DNA from: a virus
Lineage: Duplodnaviria > Caudoviricetes
Virus record (IMG/VR): IMGVR_UViG_3300022920_000008
Span: 1 to 58,146 of that record
Length of the DNA stretch: 58,146 nt
Direction: 5' to 3' (one strand)
Positions 9,645-19,400 of the stretch are shown piece after piece; within the stretch, counting starts at the first letter, position 1; every line of letters begins with the position of its first letter. The notes under the pieces were generated by a model. That model was not told where the DNA came from. It did not search any database and saw only the letters and a program-made list of their open reading frames with translations. Made by a program: the position numbers and the translations under genes.

Positions 9645-10618
9645 TAATCTACTCTCCCTATATAGTTGACATACAAGTTTTCACACTTGTATAAAATTAT
9701 TGGACGTGCTGGCATTTTAAAATCCAACTTAGCCCTTACATTATTTTTGTTAATTATTTGATCAGATTCAATCTGAAATCCACCTATAACATTATCTATT
9801 ATACTGTCACATACTAAAAAATGTAAGTGTTTATTTCCACCTAGTACGTTTGAATTTTCGTTATTGATTAAACTTGAGTTAATTTTAATATACTTACCAT
9901 CGTAACGCATGCTCAGATGCTTTTGATCATCTTCATTTGTTACTTGCTGTATATATTTATCGTCGCTGACTGGACGTCCTTCTCGAACATCTTTCTCACT
10001 AACAGTATACGCATACGTTTTAAATATTGGACATGTAAAAATACTAATGTTAGATAAATCATAATCAATATCAGTTAATTGTACACGCAACATTTTTTGC
10101 TTGAACAATAACTTTGGATCTATTTCAATCTGTGCAATTAATTTATCAGGGTCATTCTTTTCAGTAACATACATGTCCATTAAAGCACCAGTTGTATTTG
10201 TTACTTCGTGAATGTCTCCCAAGTTCATATTACGCTTGATACTTTCGATGTTAATACTAATCTCTAGTATATGACTGTCAACGAAAATTTCAACAAACAC
10301 ATCTTGTTTACTACGGGCGCCAGGATATATTTGAAACATCTGACTACTTAGACGTTTTAAATTTAATTTGTTAGAACGCTCAACAACATGCAACTTACCT
10401 GTGTCAATGTCACGAGCCACACTGCAAGTCTTAATGTTTACTTTCCCATCAATCATCTTTAAGATTAGATCTTGATCTTCAGTAATAAATGTATCTTGGT
10501 TTTTTCTGACCCTAGTGATAGGATTAGGACTTATCCTATATACCCTACCAGTATTAGTGTCATACTTTATCCACCACTGTGCTTTTTCTCTTTGCTGCGG
10601 TATTCCTAAAAGTTCCAT
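9644..10618 (-). CDS. hypothetical protein
   Basis: 324-aa ORF in the operon, coupled to its neighbours. Confidence 0.7.
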   Translation of the reverse strand: MELLGIPQQREKAQWWIKYDTNTGRVYRISPNPITRVRKNQDTFITEDQDLILKMIDGKVNIKTCSVARDIDTGKLHVVERSNKLNLKRLSSQMFQIYPGARSKQDVFVEIFVDSHILEISINIESIKRNMNLGDIHEVTNTTGALMDMYVTEKNDPDKLIAQIEIDPKLLFKQKMLRVQLTDIDYDLSNISIFTCPIFKTYAYTVSEKDVREGRPVSDDKYIQQVTNEDDQKHLSMRYDGKYIKINSSLINNENSNVLGGNKHLHFLVCDSIIDNVIGGFQIESDQIINKNNVRAKLDFKMPARPIILYKCENLYVNYIGRVD

Positions 10619-11429
10619 ATACTTCGTCCGTTATAAAATTTATATCAGCATACGTTAGTACACTGTTGACTGTAAAGTTTTGTACTTTAACTCTGCCTTC
10701 TGGTATCACCCAATAATTTAATTTCTCTAGCCAACTATTAGTTATTGTCTCTGACTTGAGCATGCGATGTGTTTCACGTTGCATGTCAATATTATTAACA
10801 AAATCATATTTAGAGTTTATATAATTACTGGTGGTGCCCAAGCTATCAATAACAAGCCTGTGCATTAAATGTGTGTCATAGGTTCCATCCGTAAAGATAG
10901 GATCTACTAATGCTTTAAATGCATCACGCCAGTTTTGCATTAGTGGGTCAGCCATTTTAAAATATGTTAAACTTTCTTCGCTCTTGTCAAAGAAAAAGAT
11001 ATTTGAATTGACTGTGTGTTTTTTGTTTGCACTATAATATGTTTCACCAATATCCAAACATTGAGTATTATTAAAACGTGCGAAGGTGCTAAGTAAACAT
11101 ACATTATAAGAATACATTAAATAATCAAACGTATAACTAATATCATTACACAATACACTATAGCAGTCAATAAAGATACTATTGTCATATGGCGATGCCC
11201 AGTATAGTTGCCAGTCGTTACTTCTTGTTTCTTGCGTACTAGTAAACGGAAATTCTACAATGTAATCAAATGCATACTCATGATGAGATAATACACCAGC
11301 TAATGAAGGTACAACCATTGTTACACTAGCTGTTGGGTTGTATGTCTTAATACTATTAGCTAGCGTAGCCGCGGCTACCTGTTGTTGTTTTGTAGTAGCA
11401 ATAGTAATAAATCCTTTATCAGGTATCAT
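10560..11429 (-). CDS. glycosyltransferase-like protein (GT8-like, degenerate DxD)
   Basis: KGFITIA...LANSIK...ASPYDNSIFIDCY; start at ATG 11429 with GGAG RBS. Confidence 0.55.
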   Translation of the reverse strand: MIPDKGFITIATTKQQQVAAATLANSIKTYNPTASVTMVVPSLAGVLSHHEYAFDYIVEFPFTSTQETRSNDWQLYWASPYDNSIFIDCYSVLCNDISYTFDYLMYSYNVCLLSTFARFNNTQCLDIGETYYSANKKHTVNSNIFFFDKSEESLTYFKMADPLMQNWRDAFKALVDPIFTDGTYDTHLMHRLVIDSLGTTSNYINSKYDFVNNIDMQRETHRMLKSETITNSWLEKLNYWVIPEGRVKVQNFTVNSVLTYADINFITDEVYGTFRNTAAKRKSTVVDKV

Positions 11430-12303
11430 CTGTTTGCTCCGCATATTTTACGATAATTCTATCTAATGCTCGTTTGTTCATACAATGTACATCACTTTTT
11501 TCATGCCTAACCATAATATTTTTCCAATTCTCTTTTGGATCATGTGACAATACAATCCAAGTTTCATCATCCAAACTGTCGACAATATCATCCTTGCCTG
11601 ATAAGTTTTGCATTGGTATGCCGCCAAAGTTGTTTATCTCTTGTCCTGTTGCCATGCCGTTCATAATGTGTGCAGCTATGCTTACACAAAAATCTGTTCT
11701 GTACATGCCTCCAGGAAAGTTATATAAGAATTTATAATAGTCATAATTATCTTTGACATATTCCCAAGTATCAAAAAATAGTTTACTTGTTTCACTTTGA
11801 TCAAAGTATACTACAGTACTCCACCACATTTTAATGCCATGTATAAACAAACGTCTTTCATGCATATGCATTGGGCAATTGCGCATACTAATAGCATCGT
11901 CAAACATTGATACACCAGTATAACTTGTAAACGCATGTTCGAGGAAGTCTGACTTTAAAATGTAATCAATATCTAATAGCAATGTTTTTTCGTAAGGAGT
12001 ATATTCAAATACTTTATGTTTATTACTATTACTAAATTGTGCATTGAATTGTGTCCAAGGACTATCATAATGATTGCGAGTATTTTTCTCTAGCTCATCA
12101 TCAGTAACTACTACGTCTGTAATATATTTTTTAATCTCAGCATTGCCGTGACTTTCAATAAGCCAATCCCAACTACCTTGATCTGTAATCAAGCATACTG
12201 GTCGATTTAAATATTTTTTAACTTTCTTAGCTGCAAACAACGCTAACTTGACATAGTCAATATGTTCATTGTTGTATGCAAAAAAGCAAACGCCTTCAGT
12301 CAT
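11419..12303 (-). CDS. glycosyltransferase-like protein (GT8-like)
   Basis: GVCFFAYN...PVCLITD...YTPYEKTLLLDIDY (DxD)...WWSTVVYF...HCMNK. Confidence 0.6.
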   Translation of the reverse strand: MTEGVCFFAYNNEHIDYVKLALFAAKKVKKYLNRPVCLITDQGSWDWLIESHGNAEIKKYITDVVVTDDELEKNTRNHYDSPWTQFNAQFSNSNKHKVFEYTPYEKTLLLDIDYILKSDFLEHAFTSYTGVSMFDDAISMRNCPMHMHERRLFIHGIKMWWSTVVYFDQSETSKLFFDTWEYVKDNYDYYKFLYNFPGGMYRTDFCVSIAAHIMNGMATGQEINNFGGIPMQNLSGKDDIVDSLDDETWIVLSHDPKENWKNIMVRHEKSDVHCMNKRALDRIIVKYAEQTDDT

Positions 12304-12651
12304 TTACCAGTCCATTAGTTTCTTAAGGTTACGAACCTTCTTGAGTTTTTCAAACTCAGCTTCGTATTCATTCATTGCATCGTTATATGCTGACAATAAT
12401 GTTTCTTGAAACTCTACCAAGCTAGTGATACGAATTGGATTTTCTTTTGTATCAACAATAATACTTCCAGTTGCACCATTAGCAATTAATGTTTGTACAA
12501 ATGATATTGTAGATGTATCAGCATAAAAAACACCATTGTTGTGGTGTACTGTTGTCAACTGTTTAACTCTATTTTTAATAAGTTGTTTTTGATTTGCAAT
12601 AGTTGCACTGTAGTTTCCAAACTCAAGTGCTTTTGTTAGTCGTTCGTCCAT
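12304..12651 (-). CDS. hypothetical phage protein
   Basis: 115-aa ORF with GGAG RBS; first gene after a sigma70 promoter. Confidence 0.75.
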   Translation of the reverse strand: MDERLTKALEFGNYSATIANQKQLIKNRVKQLTTVHHNNGVFYADTSTISFVQTLIANGATGSIIVDTKENPIRITSLVEFQETLLSAYNDAMNEYEAEFEKLKKVRNLKKLMDW

Positions 12652-12676
12652 AGATGTCTCCGTTATGGTTACTACT

Positions 12677-12705
12677 ATAATATACTAGTGATTGTTTTTT
12701 GTCAA
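12677..12705 (-). promoter_or_regulatory. sigma70 promoter TTGACA-17-TATTAT driving the leftward accessory operon
   Basis: Consensus -35, 17-nt spacer and near-consensus -10 upstream of 12651. Confidence 0.75.
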
Positions 12706-12712
12706 GAAGATA

Positions 12713-12934
12713 TTATTCGTCTTTAGGCTTATCATCCTTGACGTCAGCGTCGCCTTCGCGAGCTTGTTTTTCTGCTTTGGTTAATTTTTGATTCCAAGAG
12801 TTGTTGCTTATATTAAGCTCACTTGGCATTGGTTTTGTTTTTATTTTTTTAATAGCGCCGCCCTTTTTCAGGAACGCCGCTACTAATTTTTCTGTTTCTT
12901 TGTCTTTTTTATTTGGTTGGTGGTTCATTGCCAT
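12713..12934 (-). CDS. small basic hypothetical protein
   Basis: 73 aa, AFLKKGGAIKKI; preceded by a TATAAATA late promoter. Confidence 0.6.
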   Translation of the reverse strand: MAMNHQPNKKDKETEKLVAAFLKKGGAIKKIKTKPMPSELNISNNSWNQKLTKAEKQAREGDADVKDDKPKDE

Positions 12935-12956
12935 AGTAATAACTTTCTGTTACTAC

Positions 12957-12964
12957 TATTTATA
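12957..12964 (-). promoter_or_regulatory. T4-type late promoter TATAAATA
   Basis: Exact T4 late consensus in an intergenic gap; a gp55 homologue is encoded in the window. Confidence 0.6.
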
Positions 12965-12966
12965 GA

Positions 12967-13578
12967 CTAGTAACCACTCACTGTGACTAAAATTGGTACA
13001 CTGGTGTATGTAATTTGACCTATTACTACAGTAAGCGTAGAGTTATTAGGTGCAACATCTGCTGCTGTTAGTGTAACTTCTAATTTAACCTCTGATCCTA
13101 CAGTTACTTCTGTGATAGTGATACTATCTAGTAGTACAGCACTACCAACTGTTGTTGGACTACTAACGTTAAAGTTTCCATCCGAGTCAGCTCTACTAAA
13201 CACATACTCATTTGTTAAGTAGTAGGGAGTATCACCAGAATTATTGATGAAAGTTAACATAAGTTTACCGCCACTGGTATATCTGAGTATTGTGTTACTA
13301 TAGATAATTTTTTCGTAGTCGCCATTTGCGTTTTTGTTGGCAGGATAATCTTGTATTGTTCCTTTAATTGTATCAGTTATAACATATGGTGAAAATACAT
13401 TATTAGTGGTGAGCTTACCAAAAGTTAGTTCACCAGTAATCTCTTGAGCTTCATTTGCAGTAACTCTTGCTGTTAAATCCGTGATGGCAGCTTCATTAGT
13501 ATCTACTAGTGTAAAGTTTTCGTCCATCTGTGCATGTGATAATGCTGGGCCGTTAAGGCCTTTTTGTGTTGTTGGCAT
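12967..13578 (-). CDS. putative tail fibre/virion-associated protein
   Basis: N-terminal KGLNGPALSHAQMDENF motif resembles fibre N-termini; GAGG RBS; lies in the structural block. Confidence 0.5.
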   Translation of the reverse strand: MPTTQKGLNGPALSHAQMDENFTLVDTNEAAITDLTARVTANEAQEITGELTFGKLTTNNVFSPYVITDTIKGTIQDYPANKNANGDYEKIIYSNTILRYTSGGKLMLTFINNSGDTPYYLTNEYVFSRADSDGNFNVSSPTTVGSAVLLDSITITEVTVGSEVKLEVTLTAADVAPNNSTLTVVIGQITYTSVPILVTVSGY

Positions 13579-13597
13579 CTTAAGCCTCCTATCTTTG

Positions 13598-14905
13598 TTA
13601 TGGGTCTGCTATATACCCAGGTTCCACATATCCTTCTAAGGTATATGGTGTAGTGTTAGTTACTCCGTTCCAATCATAGTATTCAACTAATGCTGGTCCG
13701 ATGCGAGCCTCGTACTGATAGTACAATGGCCTTGTTAAAAAATCTCCGTTAGAATCTCTATATGGCAGTCCTGTTTCAGGATCTAATTCCCCGTGTACAT
13801 AACCTGGTTCTACATAACCTGGATCTGCATAAAGGTCAGCATATGGTTGTGATACTGGAGGATATTCAGGTGTTACTGGTTGCTGTGGTAAGTCTGCATA
13901 TGTAGTAGTAGCATTACCGGCATCAATTTGTGCTGTTTTAGGTGCTGTATCAGGAACAATAACACCTACTTCTAATATTAAGTCTAAGTGTGCGCTAATG
14001 CCATCGTCAGGATCAACTAGCTCTACTTCTAAAAATATATCAATCTCATTGTTAGCAAGCTCTACGACTTTTGCCCACAATCTAATCTTAGCTGAGTCGT
14101 ACTCACCACCAATACCATACTCATCAGCATACTCACCGCCACCACTACCAGTAGCAACTTCAAATACTCTTGTGCGGTCATTTGGGTTACAATCATAAAA
14201 TCCTAATGACATAATTGGATTTACATATCCATCAGTTGTTACGTTGTTAGCACCAAATTTAATAGTGCCAGTACCTTGTAAAATGTCTGCCCAAGCAAAG
14301 CCACGGCTACTTTCGCCTACACTCTCACCTAAGTTAAAAATTATTTGACCGCCGCCGTTAAAAAAATATCTTGCTTCTTGGTAGTCGCTAAATTTAGCTA
14401 CAACTCCTGCTGAAGTAGTAGTGTCAAAATCAAAGTCAATTGCATCAATTACAACCACATCCACATCCATATCTGCATATGCAGGATTAAGATCATTCTT
14501 TGTAGCTTCAATACTTTCAATTTTTTGCTTAACTAATTCTAATGCTTGAGCGAAAATAATTTCATGTGTTACGTTGCCATACTCATCACTGAACTTTCTA
14601 GGATCTTTAAATTTAGATAAAGGGTTAGCTTCGCCATCTGCACTCATATGAGCTAGCCCAGCATTGATTTGAGCTACTAACTGATTGGCATGTTCAGCTA
14701 AAATGATTGTTGCTTCATTTACGCTTTGTGGTTCAACATCATCTTGGCCCCAACCAGTTCTAATTAATTCTTTTGATGATGGATTTAAATCTTGTAATCT
14801 GAATTGTGTATTATCGTCTGCCCAATAGGAGTTATACATAGTAAGCAGTTCATTGAACTGTTCATATGTAATTAAATTATTTTGTCCAATTGGTGGAGTA
14901 GCCAT
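13598..14905 (-). CDS. putative virion structural protein
   Basis: GWGQ and ARYFFNGGGQI motifs; acidic; repeated YVEPGY; in the baseplate operon. Confidence 0.55.
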   Translation of the reverse strand: MATPPIGQNNLITYEQFNELLTMYNSYWADDNTQFRLQDLNPSSKELIRTGWGQDDVEPQSVNEATIILAEHANQLVAQINAGLAHMSADGEANPLSKFKDPRKFSDEYGNVTHEIIFAQALELVKQKIESIEATKNDLNPAYADMDVDVVVIDAIDFDFDTTTSAGVVAKFSDYQEARYFFNGGGQIIFNLGESVGESSRGFAWADILQGTGTIKFGANNVTTDGYVNPIMSLGFYDCNPNDRTRVFEVATGSGGGEYADEYGIGGEYDSAKIRLWAKVVELANNEIDIFLEVELVDPDDGISAHLDLILEVGVIVPDTAPKTAQIDAGNATTTYADLPQQPVTPEYPPVSQPYADLYADPGYVEPGYVHGELDPETGLPYRDSNGDFLTRPLYYQYEARIGPALVEYYDWNGVTNTTPYTLEGYVEPGYIADP

Positions 14906-14907
14906 TG

Positions 14908-15816
14908 TTATTTTGCTCCAACTACTACTTCAACAAGTCCTATTCCCTCAGATGTTTTATCTTCCAAAGCTCTGCCAACGATGCGATACCAATCCATATA
15001 CTCTTGCATTTCATAGTCCGTTGGAGCTCTAGCTACACCTGGTTCTTCGCTTGCCAATAAACGCTGTCCTTTTACAACTGGACCAATAACTTTTAGAGGC
15101 ACACGGCCTGCTAATGCTACTGCAACTGTAGTACCTTCAGCTTTACTGTTCATTAAGTAAGCTGGATCAGTTGAAACAATACCAAAAACACTAGGACAAA
15201 ATGCTGATGTAGTTTGTGTCACTTCAGCTTCTCCTCCAATTTTTAGTACTGTGCCTGGCTCATACGGAGCATCAGCTACATACATCTCTGCCAAATCCGC
15301 ATACTGTGCTGTCGTGGCAACACCATGCAGTTTATAACCTGCTTCGCTTGACAATGTAATACCTTTACCAATAGTTGTAAAGTTTGGTTGAATTAATGTT
15401 TCAAGAAGATTTACATCAAAGTCGTCATCTGCGGAGATGATCATTACGATTTGATCTGAATCATATACTACATTAACACTGTGCAAAGCGCCGTCTGTGT
15501 CTAATACTTCAATAGTTTTCACAGCTGAGCCAGGCATTTGATTCCATTTTACTCCGTTAAAGTAATTGAAAACTTCATTGTTTTTATTATAATATATTTG
15601 ACCTGCTAATGCATTTGCTACTGGTGGATGCGGATTATCCAATGTAGATGTATATGCAAAGTTCTCTAATAAGTTTAATTGATTTTCAGCAATTGTTTCG
15701 CCATAGCCATACCAGTTCTTACCGACAAATGTTAAATAAGTTTCTGTGTTTAGCGTTGCGTCCTGTACGTCAATTGGCGGGGTGTTTGGATCATAATGAT
15801 TTACTCTATATACCAT
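14908..15816 (-). CDS. baseplate/tail-fibre protein with C-terminal intramolecular-chaperone-like (peptidase G2-like) domain
   Basis: N-terminal LTFVGKNWYGYGE..AEN..LLENFA; C-terminal AQYADLAEMY...PAYLMN...VALAGRVP.KV.G...GRALE. Confidence 0.65.
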   Translation of the reverse strand: MVYRVNHYDPNTPPIDVQDATLNTETYLTFVGKNWYGYGETIAENQLNLLENFAYTSTLDNPHPPVANALAGQIYYNKNNEVFNYFNGVKWNQMPGSAVKTIEVLDTDGALHSVNVVYDSDQIVMIISADDDFDVNLLETLIQPNFTTIGKGITLSSEAGYKLHGVATTAQYADLAEMYVADAPYEPGTVLKIGGEAEVTQTTSAFCPSVFGIVSTDPAYLMNSKAEGTTVAVALAGRVPLKVIGPVVKGQRLLASEEPGVARAPTDYEMQEYMDWYRIVGRALEDKTSEGIGLVEVVVGAK

Positions 15817-15817
15817 G

Positions 15818-16408
15818 TTAGTTACCTGCCGTTATTCTAAGAGTGTAAATGACTTGAATTTGTCTATTTGCACTTTTTTCGATTGGGTGGAAAATAATAT
15901 GACTAACAAATTTTTGTGTTAACTCGTCAGTACCAACAACAATACCTAGTTCATCAAAAATAAATTCTGATTCACTATTTGTGCCAGTATCAGTTAGAGG
16001 CTGTCCTGCTGGTTCACCGTAAGTAAGTGTACTTGTAATAACAATGTCAGTTTGTGCTTCGCCTGGTGTTGGCTGTACCGATATACTGTTAAGCACATCA
16101 TTTCCTGTTGTTACTGTTTTGGCTCCAGTTTCTGGATACGTTTGTGCATGCAAACTTCCGTTTGTGCTATCTACATTTGGTGTATTGTAAATTACATTAC
16201 CTACACTATCAATAGTTGTACCGCCATTACCATAGGCAATGCCTTCGATGCCTGCTCCACCCACTGCAATTGCATTGGCTAGTGCTACGCTCATGTTCTC
16301 AAAATTAATGGCATTGTGTTTGTCTAATAAAACTTCGTTTGTATCAAAGTCTTTAATTAAAACATGTCCATCCATTTCAAGACTTGATTTGTCTAATAAA
16401 TTTGTCAT
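15818..16408 (-). CDS. virion structural protein
   Basis: GHVLIKD...NAINFENMS...FDELG...HIIFHPIEKSANR; follows a late promoter. Confidence 0.6.
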   Translation of the reverse strand: MTNLLDKSSLEMDGHVLIKDFDTNEVLLDKHNAINFENMSVALANAIAVGGAGIEGIAYGNGGTTIDSVGNVIYNTPNVDSTNGSLHAQTYPETGAKTVTTGNDVLNSISVQPTPGEAQTDIVITSTLTYGEPAGQPLTDTGTNSESEFIFDELGIVVGTDELTQKFVSHIIFHPIEKSANRQIQVIYTLRITAGN

Positions 16409-16431
16409 TTGTCATAGTTCTCCGCTATTTG

Positions 16432-16438
16432 TATTTAT
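16432..16438 (-). promoter_or_regulatory. late promoter ATAAATA
   Basis: gcATAAATAc in the intergenic gap; same context as 36217-36226. Confidence 0.55.
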
Positions 16439-16458
16439 GCATATCAAAACCACCATGA

Positions 16459-19400
16459 TCAACTTACTGGACCAAGTATTGGAAGATGTGGTACTGGATC
16501 TTTAATGCTTACCCATGGATACATATCTGTTGCTAAAATTGATGCGTCTGAAATGTCAATAATTTGTGTGCCAGCAGCGTGTTCAAGTGCAATTGATCCA
16601 CCATGTCCACGTTGTACATTTTGTAAAGTATTGCCTATAACGGCGGTGTACGATATAATTTCACCGTTTATAAATGCAATTCCGCCATCAGGTCTAGTAT
16701 TAAACATACTACTATCTGCGACAGTTATAATGTTATCTGCTTTACTTATACTATTACTTATAGTAGAAGTTTCACTAACTGTCAACTCAAAAACAGCAGC
16801 CGTATTATCTAATCCAGTAATATAAACATGCACTGTTGAATTACTGTCTACAACATCTCCTGATGTATTTGTATTGACTGTAATACTAACAGCTTCTCTA
16901 ATTAGAGCAGCAAAATTCATTCTACGTAAATTACTTGTCTCAATACTAAAGTTGCCTGGGTCTAGGAATTTTCCGCCATATGCAAGTCCCTCAGTATCAG
17001 TAAATGATCCACCAGTTACTATGTCAGCATTTGTATCTGTAAATGTTGAAGAGTATACATCTAGTGTATCAATTACGCCATCTGTCAGTTGCCAACCTGT
17101 CCAATTATCTGTAGGACTATCGTGGTATTTAACTGTAATAGATTTACTACTATTCTGTGAATCGTCCATACTTAGGTTAAATTTTTCACTAATACGACTT
17201 ATATCAACTTGTGATTTAATTTTTGTATGGAATGGTTTAATATCATTAATATACCCTTGTAATACATCAATGTTACCTTTATAGTATCTGCGTGGCAACT
17301 TGGTAGTATTATTTGAAGTTGCAATATTAGTATCTACATTTAACTTAATATAAGTTGTCTTATAGAACCAATCTACTTGGTTATGTATACTTGCAATGTA
17401 ATGTACCATACCAAAGAACATTTTGTTAAAGTTAACTAGGTATGATTCAATAAACAGATCTTCGCGACATGATTGTATAATCCAACTCATAAACTGACTT
17501 GGATCAAAGTCCCAAATGCCTTCCCAAGATTGCATGTCCCAGTTGAACAATGTATTAATGTTCCACACTAGGTCATTAAATTCGATAGTTGCAAATGTTT
17601 TTTCCATTAAAACCCATTCGCCTTCAATTAGATAATAAGTTTCATCACTAATACGTTTGCTTTGCGAATTAAATCCTGAATTTAAAAGTACAACTTCATG
17701 CTGTGTTTTATCAACTTGTTCTAATTCAGCTTTTGAAGCAACCGTAATACTAGGTCTTAAATCTTCTGTCTTCAATGGGTTAACGTATGATGTCCATTGC
17801 CATGTAAGGTTCATATCCCAACCAGCATCTTGGTACCATTCAGTGCCACTGTTTCTATATAATATTTCTGTTTCTGTATTATAATAACTATTGTATTGTA
17901 CTGGGAATTCAGTTCCAGAATACTCTGTAGGTGATGCTAGAGAGTCATCTGTTCTCCAAATTCTTCCGTCCCAAATATAAAGTACGTTTGTATCTGTATT
18001 TGTGAATGTATCACCTGGTTGATATATAATTGGGAATGTAGTATCAAGTTTTGCATTAGTTGGAATTGTGTAGAAAGTTTTAGTAATAATTCTATTCCAT
18101 TTATTTGCTAAATTGTCTACTAAGTTCTGATTTTTTAACAAGCTATTGATAATACTAATTGCTTCACGTCTAGCATCTTTTGTATCTTTAAACCATGCTT
18201 GGCTGTGCTTGCGTCCAGGATAGATATATTCAAAGCTTCTGTTATCGCCATAGCGATTGTATGGATGTAAGATTGGATCTGGAAGAATATTTCCAGTTTC
18301 TTTCTGTACACCAACCAAGTTATCGTTAAGTGCGGTGTAATAGTAGTCAGGAATTAAGTCGCTGCCCTCACTAATATTAGTCCATGAACTGTGTCCAATT
18401 CCCTGTGGCTTAATATTAAGTTGTGCAACAGTTGTACTATCTGTTATATATTGTTTAACACTATTCATAATTAGTTGCGTTGAACTTACTGCTGCCACCC
18501 AACTAATACCATTTGCACTTGGATCAGAAATAATTCTACTAATATCAAATGCAGATAATGTTCTGCCGTTGCTACTAATAGTTATTTTGTTTTTAACCCA
18601 GAAGTAATATACACTATCGTATCTATTAAAATTATCATTCCAGTATGTTTCTTCTGTATAATAATCCAAGAACACGGCACTAGCATTATCAAACACTCTG
18701 TATGCTTCGCCTGATGCTGGAGATCCAAATTGATCATTTCCAGCTTTAACTTCGTCAGCCCAGCTCTCTGGCGTTACTGATGACTTTATCCATTCATAAA
18801 CATCAATACTTGATCCAGGAATTTGTTTGCCCCACATCTTACTTGCATATGCTGCATCGCCTTGTTTGTAGTCATAATAGAAAACACTTGATGTATCCCA
18901 CCAACGCTTGCCTACATGCTCATCGCCCCAAGCACTTCTTTGATTTGTATCATATGCTGTGTCGCTACTCATGTTATACACGGCAACATCTGTTGGATAT
19001 CTAAAGTCAATTTCTTTTTCTGCAATGCCAGGAATAATACCTTGAATCGGATCGTATACTTCTAATTCTCTAATTGTTTTTTGTGTCTCGCCATTGTATA
19101 GTTTGACATTTTCAAAACCAGTGTTGTCTACTGATGTAGATATATTTCTAAGTAATGTTACTTCACCTGCATTGTATTCCCAAACAGCACTACCTTGATC
19201 ATAATTTGATGCCCACAAAATGTCGCCATCTTTAAAGTTATAGTTTACGGTGTCAGCAATTGCAATACGCATTGCAGCTTCATTAGCAAAACGTGCATTA
19301 CGAATAATAAATATTTCTTCAGCACGTCCGCTGTCTTCAATATATCTATCAATATAAAAAGCTGCTGGATCCTGTGTATCTAATGATGTAACTTCATGTA

